Origin: Eledone cirrhosa
Lineage: Eukaryota
Assembly (NCBI GenBank): GCA_964016885.1
Contig: OZ024747.1
Coordinates: forward strand, 63,612,001 to 63,676,000
Direction of reading: 5' to 3'
DNA: 64,000 nucleotides
A model generated the notes under the pieces. The model did not search any database and was not told the origin of the DNA. It was given only the letters and a program-made list of their open reading frames with translations. Below, one piece after another: positions 12,803 to 25,450 of the stretch (position 1 is its first letter; each line of letters opens with the position of its first letter). The position numbers were made by a program, and so were the translations under genes.

Positions 12803-13985
12803 ACTGGAGAGGCAAACCCATGCTTTCCGACAGTGTCGTTGGATGCTGGACGCTGGACGGAAGGACCGGTGAAATTGCTCGGGGTCTGGTTTGGTCCACA
12901 CCTCCAGGTGGACAAGAACTGGAACAAGGTCACGGCGAAGGTGTTTGCACTCACCCAGAAGTGGGCTAAGTGCAAACTCTCCTTGAAAGGTCAAGCAGAG
13001 GTGGCGAACACTTACATAGTGTCCGTTATCTACTACCGTTTGACAGTCGTGCCTTGTCCCTGTGAATACCTCACCAAAAAGGAATGCCTACTCTTCAAGT
13101 TCCTCTGGAAGAAACAGGCTCCATTGGTGAGGAGATCCATCTGCTGTCAACACCTATGTAACGGAGGGCTGGGCATGCCGTGGCTGATGATGCGCAAACA
13201 AGCGCTAAGGCTTCGCCATCTCCAGGTATTCCTGACCGGCAAACCAGTGTGGCTGTCATTTGTGGGACGAGCTCCTCCACAACTTGTCTCACTAACAGAG
13301 CTGCAGTCCTGGGTCAAGCGAAGACCAAAAACGGGCGCCTGTTACCTCGAGTGCCTTCAGGTGCTCACAGCCCTCTACCAAGCGGAAAAAGCAATCAGCG
13401 GAGACTCCACTTCGACATTCTATAGGGGATTAGTTGAGGATAAGTGCGACGATGTTCTCGGGGAAACTCTAGCATCGAGGAAGATGATCTGACCAGTGTG
13501 TTCGGGAGGACTTTCCGTCCAGGGCCTATGGCAAAAGAGGTAATATGGTGGACGAGGTTAAATGGACTGAGGTCAAACACCTTTCTCTCCGGACAACAAC
13601 TCATCCCCTTCTTTAAGTACCACTTCAGAAGGAAGGTGAGAGTGGAGAGAGAGGTGCTACACCCCAGTAAATTCGCTGAAAGGAGGGTGAAAGTGGCGAA
13701 AATGGCCCGAGTGAATGGGCCTTCTCTGTATATAAACCTGTAGGTTGAGGAAGATAAACAGAGGGAAGATGGGTACACCTACAATACGTGTTCCTGGGGT
13801 TGAGGGTTGTTTTATCCACGGGTGTAAAACAGCCCCGCAGTAGCGTTAATAATGGGGATTTCAATTGTTTTATCTTATATATAGTTTATTGTTATTTATC
13901 ATCGTTAAAGATTTTATGTAAAACCCTGCCGTAATGTCTTGTAATGTCTCATTTTTGTATGCCCCTGTGACAAATAAAGAAAGAT
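12803..13985 (+). mobile_element. 5'-truncated Tx1/L1-clade LINE, apparently with an internal deletion
   Basis: VKLLGVWFG...NWNKV...WAKCKLSLKGQAEVANTYI...FKFLWK...GGLGMP post-RT region; AATAAA near 13972; flanked by (TATC)n and TA repeats. Confidence 0.9.
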
Positions 13986-13988
13986 ATC

Positions 13989-14042
<54 letters not shown>

Positions 14043-14104
14043 TGTGTATGTATGTATATATATATATATATACGTATATATATATATATATATACATATA
14101 TATA

Positions 14105-14151
<47 letters not shown>

Positions 14152-14158
14152 GTATATA

Positions 14159-14210
<52 letters not shown>

Positions 14211-14451
14211 CATATCTGTGCTGTCTGTCTGTGATAAATTCCTGTAATATTTCCATTTCTTTATTGTAAATAATTCATGTTACTTTTCATGGCCTCTTAT
14301 AGAATTTTTCTTTTTAAATTTTGTTGTTTTAACCTTTTCTTCTTGTAATTGTAAAAGAGGAAATACAACTTTCAATCTAGATATATTTAATAGATTTTGT
14401 TTGCCTAAAAATAAGAAAAAAGAAAGTATATTTTCCTCCATTAATTTTATT

Positions 14452-14640
14452 TCACTACTAGTACTATTACCACCACTACCACTACTATTACTACTACTAC
14501 CACCGCCACCACCACTATTACTACTACCATAACTACCACCACTACTACTACTACCACCGCCACCACCACCACTACAACCACCACCACTATTACTTCTACT
14601 GCTACTACCACTACTATTACCATGAACACCAGTGCCATGA
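14452..14640. repeat. Degenerate (CTA/CCA)n trinucleotide repeat
   Basis: actactaccaccacc runs. Confidence 0.9.
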
Positions 14641-15580
14641 TAAAGAAAAATACCCAGTCCATACTATTATGTTGTAGTGTTGGTGCCACAAACAAAACTC
14701 CCAATATATACTGTAAATTGTTTGCCATTAGGAAGGACATCCATCCATAAGAAACCTATCCAAAACTGGAGTGTATGATGTGGTCATCTGATCACTCAGA
14801 CCCCCATAAAGTGACAGCAAGCAATCATAAACAATCGAAGTTGAATGGTGATAATCATAATGATATACATCAGTCAAATATAGCAAAAGGCTAAATGCTA
14901 TTATTTTCAACTTTTCACCAAAGATGACACTTCCATCATATATATATTATTTTATTTACATTAAAATATGTGTTATTATTAGAAAATAGCATTATCGTTC
15001 TTAGAAGAGTTTGAAGAGCAATATGAATAATAAAGAAAAACTAATTTTTGTATTTAACCAAATTAAGAATATTTTTATAGCTTATTCATTGAGAGGAATC
15101 TAGAATTTTTGTGAATATTTTTATTTTTTATTTTTTTATTTATTTTTTTATTTGTTTGTGTTTCGTTTTTAGATTTCTTCGTGTTCAAGAAGAAATTTCT
15201 ACTATTTTTATGTAAGATGCTGGAATGAATGAAATATACAGGATAGATTTGTATAGACTTTCACAGTCTAGTTGTGTATTGATTGAACTATATATATATA
15301 TATATCACTATGTATGTATGTATGTATGTATGTATGTATGTATGTATGTATGTATGTATGTATGTATGTATGCCTGTCTGTCTGTCTGTCTGTCTCTCTG
15401 TCTGACTCTCTCTATGTTACTCTCTCTGTGTAGCTATGCCAGCGCCATCTACATCCCTCTACTGAACCAACTAAATATCAATTCAAAATGTATGGTACAT
15501 TATAGATATATGTAAAATAGATGTGTGACTTATCTACTAGTGCAACTTCTACACAAGTAGATATGGTGTGTATATATATA

Positions 15581-15906
<326 letters not shown>

Positions 15907-15949
15907 AAATTAACTCAAATATCGAGTTTTGAGGCATGAGTGTATTAGA

Positions 15950-16230
15950 ATTCATAGGAAAAATGGAAAATGGGAAAACTCAGCGTAAGGAAGCTGTTAA
16001 AACAGCAAAATGCCATTGAAGCAGTGTTGAGTAAAACATTAATTCAAAGGATAGAAATCAGTGGGTGTTTGTCATCTCCTCTCATCCATTTTATTCCTTA
16101 CTCCTTTCTTCCTATCAATTCTTCCAGTGCTGATTTCTATCCTTTGAGGTAATGTTTCACCTAACACAGTTTTGACAGCATTTTGCTTGTCTTAACAGCT
16201 TCCTTATGCTGAGTTTTCTCATTTTCCTAC

Positions 16231-16234
<4 letters not shown>
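15950..16234. repeat. Fold-back inverted repeat, ~105-bp arms
   Basis: gaaaactcagcgtaaggaagctgttaa / ttaacagcttccttatgctgagttttc and tcaaaggatagaaatcag / ctgatttctatcctttga. Confidence 0.85.
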
Positions 16235-16294
<60 letters not shown>

Positions 16295-16420
16295 CTCTCT
16301 CTCCCTTTATATGTATCTTCTGACTTCTTCTCTCCTATTTTCTCCAGAATATTTTTTTTCCATTTCTTACTTTTCTTATTCTTGTCTGTGCATCTATTTT
16401 TTTCTTTCATCTCTAATTTT

Positions 16421-16460
16421 ATTTTCTGATGAAGGACTAACTCCGAAACCATAATACTAT
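16421..16460 (+). ncRNA. Degenerate hammerhead core
   Basis: CTGATGA-A-GGA-CTAAC-TCC-GAAAC; homologue with the same downstream tail at 26813. Confidence 0.5.
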
Positions 16461-16932
16461 TTTCAGACTATTTCAAGCTTTAAACTAATATGTTGCTGTA
16501 TCGTTTCCTGTGTTGTTGATTCGTTTACTTTTTAGATATATACATGTGTGTATGTGTGTTCATATTTTTCTTCATGTTTCAATGAAATTAGATGAAATAG
16601 TAAATTTCTACATCTTCACATTTTTTAGCATGTGTAATTTCAATTGCTAATCAAATTTTGATAAATTTCAACACATGATACATATAAGTTAGATAAAATG
16701 TTGCAACAACTTCAATATGTTTTGTGCTTGCCTGGAGTGAGAATCATTGACATCTGTAAACTTTCAGAATTATCCAATTTTCAGCAGTGATAAAAAAAGG
16801 AAAAATGTTATGAAATAGACATTTTTTTTAGAGGCAAGCAACTAACCATATATTTTAATACATGTATATATATGAGTTTTGTATAACTAATATGTATCTT
16901 CATTTCCCAGTGTTGTTTATTTGCTTACTTTT

Positions 16933-16975
<43 letters not shown>

Positions 16976-17842
16976 AGCCAGACAATGATATATATATGTT
17001 TGTGTATGTGTGTGTGAGCATGTGTGTATGAGAGAGACAGAGAGAATAACATTACATCATAGCAGAGTTATTTTTGTTGTCTAAGAACACAAATCTGTTA
17101 GACTTATTTTTGTTTATTTCTTCCAAGCTATATCTACAATGATATATTTTATCACCAACACAGTGCCATTGCATTCACAATGAACACTTCACAAAGCCAA
17201 TAAAAGTCGTACAGGTGGTTTAATCCTCCTAACAACCTGCATGAAGCATCTAATATTTCCAAAACCATTGTTACTTTCTTTGATAGCAAACTGCTTCTGA
17301 TTCTATGATACTTAGCTATTTATTTTAAACAGTTTATATTTACTTAAACACCAATTACTATTTTATGTAATAACATTTGTTAAATTGTGCTCCAAACACC
17401 AACTTGATAATGCAAAAGTTATTTATTTTATTAAATATCTACACATTATTTGAAAGTCAGTGGTAATGTCTTTCATGAGAAATATGGTAATGAAAGAGTT
17501 AAGCTTCATACAGAAGTATTTTCCAATTGGTCTCAGATGCCACAAAATCTTTAACCAAACACCCTGAAAATTATCTACAGTTGTACAATCAATATCAAGA
17601 ATCCGATTTTTGACATCAACAGAATGCACTAACAGCCTTCTCTGATATAATCAACACCAATATAGTTGTGCTGAACAGCAGTTTTATGTTCACTTGAGAG
17701 CAATTGATTGTTAGATATGCTATCTTACCAGAAGTTGTCAGATTACAATTAACAAACTTATAATGGCTTCAAACACAAGTTACTATTTCTTTTGAGGTCT
17801 GGGATAGAACCACCAGTAATTTCTGTATTGATATTTTTATAA

Positions 17843-18013
17843 TAATTGTTTCTACTTTTGGCACAAGACCAACAATTACCCAGTGCATTACAGGTACTTT
17901 ATTTTATCGACCCCGTAATAAGGATGAAAGACAAATTTAACCTCAGCGAGATTTGAACTCAGACCATAAACATGGCATCCGACCCTCTACCAATACTGCC
18001 AATCCACCACCCT
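17843..18013 (-). mobile_element. SINE family A, internally deleted
   Basis: aattgtttctacttttggcac...tactgccaatccaccaccct. Confidence 0.85.
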
Positions 18014-18249
18014 ATTTTTATAATAATAATGAAAAATATTGTGTATAGTGCTCAGATGCATGACAACTCATCAAAGGTGCATGTATAGTGTTGTCACATT
18101 TCTTATGAAAAGCACTGCTAATAATTTGTTTAATAATCAAGAATTTGGAAGTGTTTAGTCTCATAACTAAATCTTTCATTATTAATCTGGAGTTTGGGAA
18201 ATAATGTAACACTGCTTCTTATATAAAATTATGATGGTAATGTTTTACA

Positions 18250-18450
18250 AGCAAAACTAATTGGCAGGAGATTCAGGGGCAGACCCTGAGTAAGACGGTT
18301 GGATAACATCCATGAGCTTGGCTGATCTCACTTGGGATATAACCAGATCAGTTGGAGATGGTTGCTCCTGACACGGCCCACTGGAAGGAGTGTTTGAGGA
18401 CTCTGCCTCCACGTACCTCTCAGGAATAAGTGAGCGAAGAAGAAGAAGAA
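18250..18450 (+). mobile_element. RTE family 1 3' end with (GAA)n tail, inside MITE remnant
   Basis: ggttggataacatccatgag...gaaggagtgtttgaggactctgc...caggaataagtg. Confidence 0.85.
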
Positions 18451-18735
18451 GGTTTTAGATAAATATAAACATTTTAAAATAAACACTTTTGTAGTGTAGA
18501 AACATGGATTGTTTCAGGTGAGGTTGGGATCAAAACAATTAAAGTGTATATATACACACCAGGTACTTACGAATCTAAATTAACTATCATCATAAACTTC
18601 TCATTCAACACACAAGGATTTTATCATGTGAATATTACACCTCACCCATTGCCACTTCAGTATGTATTTGTATATAATGTTGAAAGTGGTTAGCATTACA
18701 AAGAGTCTCCAGCCATGATGGTGGTGTTGATGGTA

Positions 18736-19330
18736 GTGGTTTTAGTGGTGGTGGTTTTGGTGATGGTTGTGGTGGAGTGGTAATGATGATGATCCAGGTA
18801 GTGGTTTTAGTGGTGGTGGTTTTGGTGATGGTTGTGGTGGAGTGGTAATGATGATGATCCAGGTAGTGGTTTTAGTGGTGGTGGTTTTGGTGATGGTTGT
18901 GGTGGAGTGGTAATGATGATGATCCAGGTAGTGGTTTTAGTGGTGGTAGTTTTGGTGATGGTTGTGGTGGAGTGGTAATGATGATGATCCAGGTAGTGGT
19001 TTTAGTGGTGGTAGTTTTGGTGATGGTTGTGGTGGAGTGGTAATGATGATGATCCAGGTAGTGGTTTTAGTGGTGGTGGTTTTGGTGATGGTTGTGGTGG
19101 AGTGGTAATGATGATGATCCAGGTAGTGGTTTTAGTGGTGGTGGTTTTGGTGATGGTTGTGGTGGAGTGGTAATGATGATGATCCAGGTAGTGGTTTTAG
19201 TGGTGGTGGTTTTGGTGATGGTTGTGGTGGAGTGGTAATGATGATGATCCAGGTGGTGGTGATATAGTGGTTTTTGTGGTGGTGGTTTTGATGCTGGTGG
19301 TGCTGGTGTGGTAATGATGATGATCAAGGT
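18736..19330. repeat. 65-bp G/T-rich minisatellite, 8 near-perfect units plus a degenerate ninth
   Basis: Units start at 18736, 18801, 18866, 18931, 18996, 19061, 19126, 19191. Confidence 0.95.
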
Positions 19331-20043
19331 GGCGGTGGTGGTGGTGGTGGTGGTGGTGGTGGGTTTGGTGCTGGTGATGTCAGTGTTGGTGTTGTTTTAA
19401 CATTAAGATTCCATCTTTTATTAGAGATTGTTAAAGCTGAAATCATTGGGTAGTGTAAATTTATTTATTTCCACACACTGCATTGTTAAGTGATTTTCAT
19501 TTGCAACTTATGTCTGTACTGCTATAACAATGCTAGCTTCTAGTAAACTCCATCATCTTACTTACAGTGATTGACTAAATAAGTTATTCTAGAGAAGTCA
19601 CAAGTTTGTAACTAATCAGTGTGAGTGTTATATATGTGTTTGAAACACAGCTCTTAGCTAATGCCAACTTTAGTCCATCTTGTTGAACGCTTTGCTTCAA
19701 CTTGGTGAGTTTTTCAATACTGATTTACACTTCAATACTGATAAACAAGTAATTCAGTGGCTTTATGTCCTGAAGCTTTTGTTACTTCAGTGTCAAAATA
19801 ACCAGTAATTTATTCATGTAATTCTAACAATCACGATCATAACCAGCAGGCTGCATTTACAACTAACTTCTTAAATCTATAGATCAATGATAAGTTGGTG
19901 ATCATCTGAGCAAACATCACTAATCACAAATCTGAAATGATAAGCACAAAAAAATAAAATAAAATGATACATGATCAGTTTTTGCGATGAGTATTCCTGT
20001 TTGATCAATTGAGCTAACTCCTCATTGTATTATAGTGTATATG

Positions 20044-20256
20044 AGGGTGGTGGATTGGCAGTATCGGTAGAGCATCAGACACCATACTTTTTAGCATAGA
20101 GTCATGGCCCTTTGTGTTCAAATCCCGCTGAGGTTAGCTTTGCCTTTCATCCTTAAGGGGTTGATAGAATAAAGCACCAGTGATGCACTGGGGTTGATTT
20201 AATCGACTTTCCTCTCCCAAAAAATTGAAGGCCTTGTGCCCCTATCAGAAAACATT
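20044..20256 (+). mobile_element. SINE family A, long variant
   Basis: agggtggtggattggcagtatcggtagag...gcctttcatccttaagggg. Confidence 0.85.
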
Positions 20257-20568
20257 AGAGTGTATGGCTGAGTATTCCATAGGCAAGTGCTCCCTTAATA
20301 TAAGCCTCAGGCAGAATCAGCATGACAATATATGTGTGACAAAGCTGTCCTTTTGAATTATGCTACAGTCTATACAACAGGCTTTCTAACAGTTTCTATC
20401 CATCCAGATTCATTCACAAGGCCATCTAGTAGAAGACACTTATCTATGATACAATGCATTCTGTATATATAATATATACTTATATATATTTATATACATA
20501 GTGGTAAAAGAACAGGAGGTTATATCTGTAGTAAGTAGAGCACTTAGTCCAGAGGACGAGATTGGTAT

Positions 20569-20705
20569 AGAGTTAGTTCCACAACAAATTAGCAAACCAT
20601 ACTCAAGGACGTGCATTTCACCCATTGGATTTTTAAATTAGGTTGAAAATCCGCTAGAGGAAATGCATGTCCTCAAGTATGGTTTGCTAATTTGTTGTGG
20701 AACTA

Positions 20706-20710
<5 letters not shown>
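20569..20710. repeat. Fold-back palindrome with hammerhead-like 3' half
   Basis: agttccacaacaaattagcaaaccatact...gcatttc / gaaatgc...agtatggtttgctaatttgttgtggaact. Confidence 0.8.
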
Positions 20711-20743
<33 letters not shown>

Positions 20744-20755
20744 CACACAGAGAAA

Positions 20756-20802
<47 letters not shown>

Positions 20803-21156
20803 GATCTTAAATGGTGATTGTGATCATGATATATAGTGCAAATTATCCCACCTAATGCTCTAACAATTCACCAACCTACTGTGTTGAACAGATACTCAAA
20901 TCAATGCAAAGCAAAATTGGCCTCCTTGGAATTTTAACTCAAAGTGTAGAGAGCCAGAACTATTACAACAACACACTATCACCTCTTCCAATTTGATGCA
21001 GTTTATTCATTTGCTAATATTAAATGCTTAATGAACCTCAGAAATATTCTCTTTCCAGAAACTACAGATTTATATATCATAAAATAGTGGTTTACAATGA
21101 ATCTATTGCAAAGCATTATATTTTATATTAATATATTTTCCTCTTTGTCTTTTTAG

Positions 21157-21288
21157 GCTCTCCTTTACACCCACGATAAGGTGGCCTGTCGTGACTATGA
21201 ACCAAGGATGTTCTCTGTTTCACATGATGTTAGTGATGCTGAAGAGCCTGTCAAGATTGTGAGGATTATTAAAAATGAAGAGCCTCTG
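21157..21288 (+). CDS. MPP7: Internal coding exon of a MAGUK p55 subfamily gene (MPP7-like): end of L27 domain, linker, start of PDZ
   Basis: Polypyrimidine tract + AG (ctctttgtctttttag) and GTAAGA donor; 132 nt, phase 0/0; translates ALLYTHDKVACRDYEPRMFSVSHDVSDAEEPVKIVRIIKNEEPL, matching the MPP7-type motif ALLxxHDxVAxxxYxP...VKIxRxxKxxEPL(GATI). Family is confident; exact paralogue less so. Confidence 0.85.
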
Positions 21289-21344
21289 GTAAGACACAAC
21301 CTAGAATATTACAATCATATTTTATGATATTATTTTTTATTTTA

Positions 21345-21532
21345 TGGTGGATTGGCAGTATCGGTAGAGGGTCGGACGCCATGCTTTGCAGCAAAGAGTT
21401 ATGCCCCTTTATGATCTGAGTTCAAATCCCGCCGAGGTTAACTTTGCCTTTCATCCTTACGGGGTCGATAAAATAAAGTACCAGTAATGCACTGGGTAAT
21501 TGCTGGCCTTGTGCTAAAAGTAGAAACAATTA
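21345..21532 (+). mobile_element. SINE family A, ~55 nt downstream of the exon donor
   Basis: Full A/B boxes and tail. Confidence 0.9.
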
Positions 21533-22480
21533 TCTTTTATTCTATAATGAAAGTAGGAACTGTTTTCTAGCTCTCTACCATCTGAATTCAAGTGAAGCCA
21601 ATATAAACTTTGCTGTTCATCCTTTCAAGGTCAATAAATACAATAACAGTTGTGGAACAGAGGACTGGTGGAATTGTTAAGACTCAGACAGGATGCTTTG
21701 TGGTGTCTGATATAGCTCTGAGTTCTAAACAAACCTCATTCCTCCATGAGTCATGACCAACAGATAGTGTGGGCAATGGAAAGACAAAGGTAACATAGTT
21801 TCAGTGATGTATTTGTTTACTATTCTTGTCAATATTAAGACAATATAGCCCTTGCCAAATATAACAAAACATAGTTTCCTTTATCTGATTTGACAATCAG
21901 CTCCTTTCCTTATTCTTCATTTTCTTTATAAAATGTGGTTAGGTATTGATGTCAGACATTAAGGGAGAAAACATAGTTGTGTAGTTAAGGAATTGCTCCA
22001 CAACCATGTAGTTACAGAAGTACTCCAATGTGTGAAACCTGGTCATGTATCATCTACTGTAACCTTAGATTCATCAAAGACTTTATTTATTGAAATTGGT
22101 GTCTGAAACGTATAATTCTAGTTGTTCAACAACACACACACACATATGCAGAAGCATATATGTGCGCATGTATGTATGCATGTATATATCCATGTGTGTA
22201 TATATAAATATATGAATGTAAGTAAATATGTGTTATATATATATATATATATATACATGTGTGTGTGTATGCGTGTGTTTCGTAATTGATGGCTGGGGCT
22301 GTGATTGTGTTGCTCTGCTCAGAAAAATGACAGTGTAGTAAGTAAAAAGCACTCAGCATCAAGTGTATTCTACCAATTTTCATTTGGTATTGCATAGTGA
22401 GTACATGGCATACATTAATAATACAATGTGAAGGCTAGATTCCCATAAATATAATATCTTGAATTCATTATTTAATATCA

Positions 22481-22672
22481 AGGGCGGTGGATTGGCAGTA
22501 TTGGTAGAGGGTCGGACGCCATGCTTTGACGCATAGAGTTACAGCCCTTGCCATTCTGAGTTCAAATCCCGCCGAGGTTAACTTTGCCTTTCATCCTTAC
22601 GGGGTCGATAAAATAAAGTACCAGTAATACACTGGGTAATTGCTGGCCTTGTGCCTAACGTAGAAACAATTA
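22481..22672 (+). mobile_element. SINE family A with 14-bp TSD
   Basis: ATTATTTAATATCA at 22467-22480 and 22669-22682. Confidence 0.9.
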
Positions 22673-22707
22673 TTTAATATCATTTTGCTCTGGGTTTGAA
22701 ATAATAA

Positions 22708-22815
22708 ATAATTGTTTCTACTGTTGGCACAAGGCCAGCAATTACCCAGTGCATTACTGGTACTTTATTTTATCGACCCCGTAAGGATGAAAGGCAAAGT
22801 TAACCTCGGTGGGAT
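22708..22815 (-). mobile_element. SINE family A 3' half, inverted relative to its neighbour
   Basis: Reverse complement of ~22565-22672. Confidence 0.9.
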
Positions 22816-24765
22816 AATGAAGTCAAGATATAAACACAAATGTGTGTGGGTTAGTTACTGCTGCAACTAATAAATGATTATATATCTTTGTTTGTGTGCA
22901 TATGTATCTGGGTCTTTCTATCTGTGTGTGTATACACAATTATATATGTGTGTTTGTGTGTTAAGTCATGTTACAAAATCTCTATTAATGGCTTCAATAG
23001 TTAATTTCACCCATTTTCTATTTCCCAGAAAGTTTAAATATGTTTAAACCATATTAAATATTTTATTAATTTTAAATATATTCTCACATCCTGCTGAACT
23101 ATTTTATAATCATGCTGTTTTATATTCCATATTTTGGGGGGGATTTATTGTTGTTGTTTTTGTTTTTTTCACTCATGAATTTTACCTTAATTAATTATTA
23201 CTATTCTTGCATCAATAATATTCTTTCCTGTAATTGTGCGATAATTAGCTTTCCAAATTCTTCGTTTACACTATTTTTTCAAATTTTCCAATCTCTTTCT
23301 CACAAATAATGCCTAGCCTGAAACATTAAAATCAATACAATATGTGTTAGACATTTTGGTACATATTTTATTAGCACAGCTTTGTATAAAAATTCTCTTA
23401 TAATAACAAGTAGGATTTAGATAAGTATTGCTACAATAAAGAAACTATACTTTAAATTAAATGTTTTGTTTTTGTGTTATAATCCTATAAATCACTATTA
23501 CAACAGACAGGATTTAGTTCTGGTGATGAAAGTAATATTTTATTCAATTTTAAGAACATATTTAATATAATATTCACACAAGGGTCTGCTATGGACTTGT
23601 AACCATAGCGATAGTGTATTTTATTAGAAATATGGGAACTAAAGATTTAGTTGGATGAATCTTTGTTAAGTTATGTTCCAAATACCAATTCAATAGCGAG
23701 AATGTTAGTTATAGTACAAATGTTAGTTATAGTTATAGTAAGCATGTTTGATGCTCTACTGATACTGCCAATCCACTGCCTTTCAATATATAATAAATAT
23801 GATTTATTGAATAAACAAACCATGTAAAAAGGGACAGAGAAAAGAGAAAAATAGAAATGTAAAACAACATGCACACACAATTATACATTTCAAGAGAGAT
23901 TGTTGATGTTTTCCGCTAAATATTTTGAGGCAAATGAAGACACACATGGAATTACTGCTGGGGATAGAGAAGCTAAGATCTTGGAATAACCATGTAACTT
24001 TATAAATATCCCCAGATACTTTCAGTAAAGCAAGCAGTCAAAAATGTCAGGAACTTCATTGCAGGTGAATGTTTATACATACAAAATATTTAGAAAATGG
24101 AATAAATTATTTTATTCTATCTAATATTTAGCTATAATTTCTAGAGATATTATATTATAAAGTAGAAACAATTATATTATTTATTATTTTTAATGCCAGA
24201 TTTATTGCATTTTGATTCTGCTAAATTATATTTAATCTTCGCAAACTATAGAAAAAAATATAAATAAATTATTATATTTCTTCTTCTTCTTCTTCTTCTT
24301 CTTCTAAAGACCTTATCTTTGTTAGTCTCATACACCCTAACCACCATGCCATTGCCTTCACAAAAGTTTGCTCAGGCAGTCATAAGTCATAAGCTGTGTC
24401 AATAAGGATTATTTTAAACTCTCATAAATATTCCTTATTTCACTTGAATGTGAGATTGGATTATCAACTGGAACACCATCAAATACTTCTTCAAAATATT
24501 TTCATTACACATTTCTTAAAGTAAATATGTTTTTTTACACAAAATAAAAATATCATTTCTCAAAATTTTCATCTTAGAAAAACAGAAAAAAGATTATGAA
24601 AAAGTTAAAAAAAAGGTTGTTTTACAAAATATTTAGATTTTTTAAAGAAATGTAGTTCTATATGAAATCTTGTTTATCAAATCTGTTACCACTTTGGCAG
24701 GAGTTTTTCATAGTTGTTGGTGGGTGTTGTGATCATGTTGATCGTTGAAGTTGATCGTTGAGTTG

Positions 24766-24986
24766 TCATGTGTGTTGCTGTACATGTGTCATGTGTGTTG
24801 CTGTACATGTGTCATGTGTGTTGCTGTACATGTGTTATGTGTATTGCTGTACATGTGTTATGTGTATTGCTGTACATGTGTTATGTGTATTGCTGTACAT
24901 GTGTTATGTGTGTTGCTGTACATGTGTTATGTGTGTTGCTGTACACGTGTTATGTGTGTTGCTGTACACATGTTATGTGTGTTGTT
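24766..24986. repeat. 23-bp minisatellite, ~9.5 units
   Basis: Unit t(c/t)atgtgt(g/a)ttgctgtacatgtg. Confidence 0.95.
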
Positions 24987-25296
24987 GAATAAGGATCAGG
25001 TCTACAATAAATTGAGACAGACCAACAAGGAAAACCAAACTGGTAATTTTTATGTCTTTATTTGTTTCAGAGGGTCAGCTGAAACGTTAATGGGCTGTAT
25101 GCCAAGACAGAGCCCCAATGAGTCCATCTTTTACTTTTTTACCTTAGTAGTCAAGTATTTGCAATTGAAGGATTGGTACATTTCTAATTATGAAAATATA
25201 GCTATTTTAGTGGTCAGAATTTCATATCCACAGATTTACCCATAATAATTTCACTATACCACATTTTAAGATGGAGTCAAACATTCATTCGTATAT

Positions 25297-25450
25297 TTAT
25301 TTACTGGTTTCAGTCATTGGACTGGGACCATGCTGGGGCACTGTTTTTAGAATCAATCATATAAACACAGCTACTTATTTTTTCGAGCCTGTAACTTATT
25401 TTATTGATTTAATTTGGGTTGAACTGCTAAGTTATGGGAAATAAACACAC
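25297..25450 (-). mobile_element. SINE-like remnant with CR1-partner-type tail
   Basis: tttcagtcattggactgggaccatgctggggcac resembles 59551-59600 and 50480-50620. Confidence 0.6.

Noticed and set aside
18736-19330. CRISPR-like or Pro/His-rich coding repeat
   Set aside because: No unique spacers, period of 65 is not a multiple of 3, eukaryotic context
24745-25245. Cys-rich 166-aa ORF resembling metallothionein or keratin-associated proteins
   Set aside because: Product of a 23-bp (non-triplet) minisatellite, open in all frames
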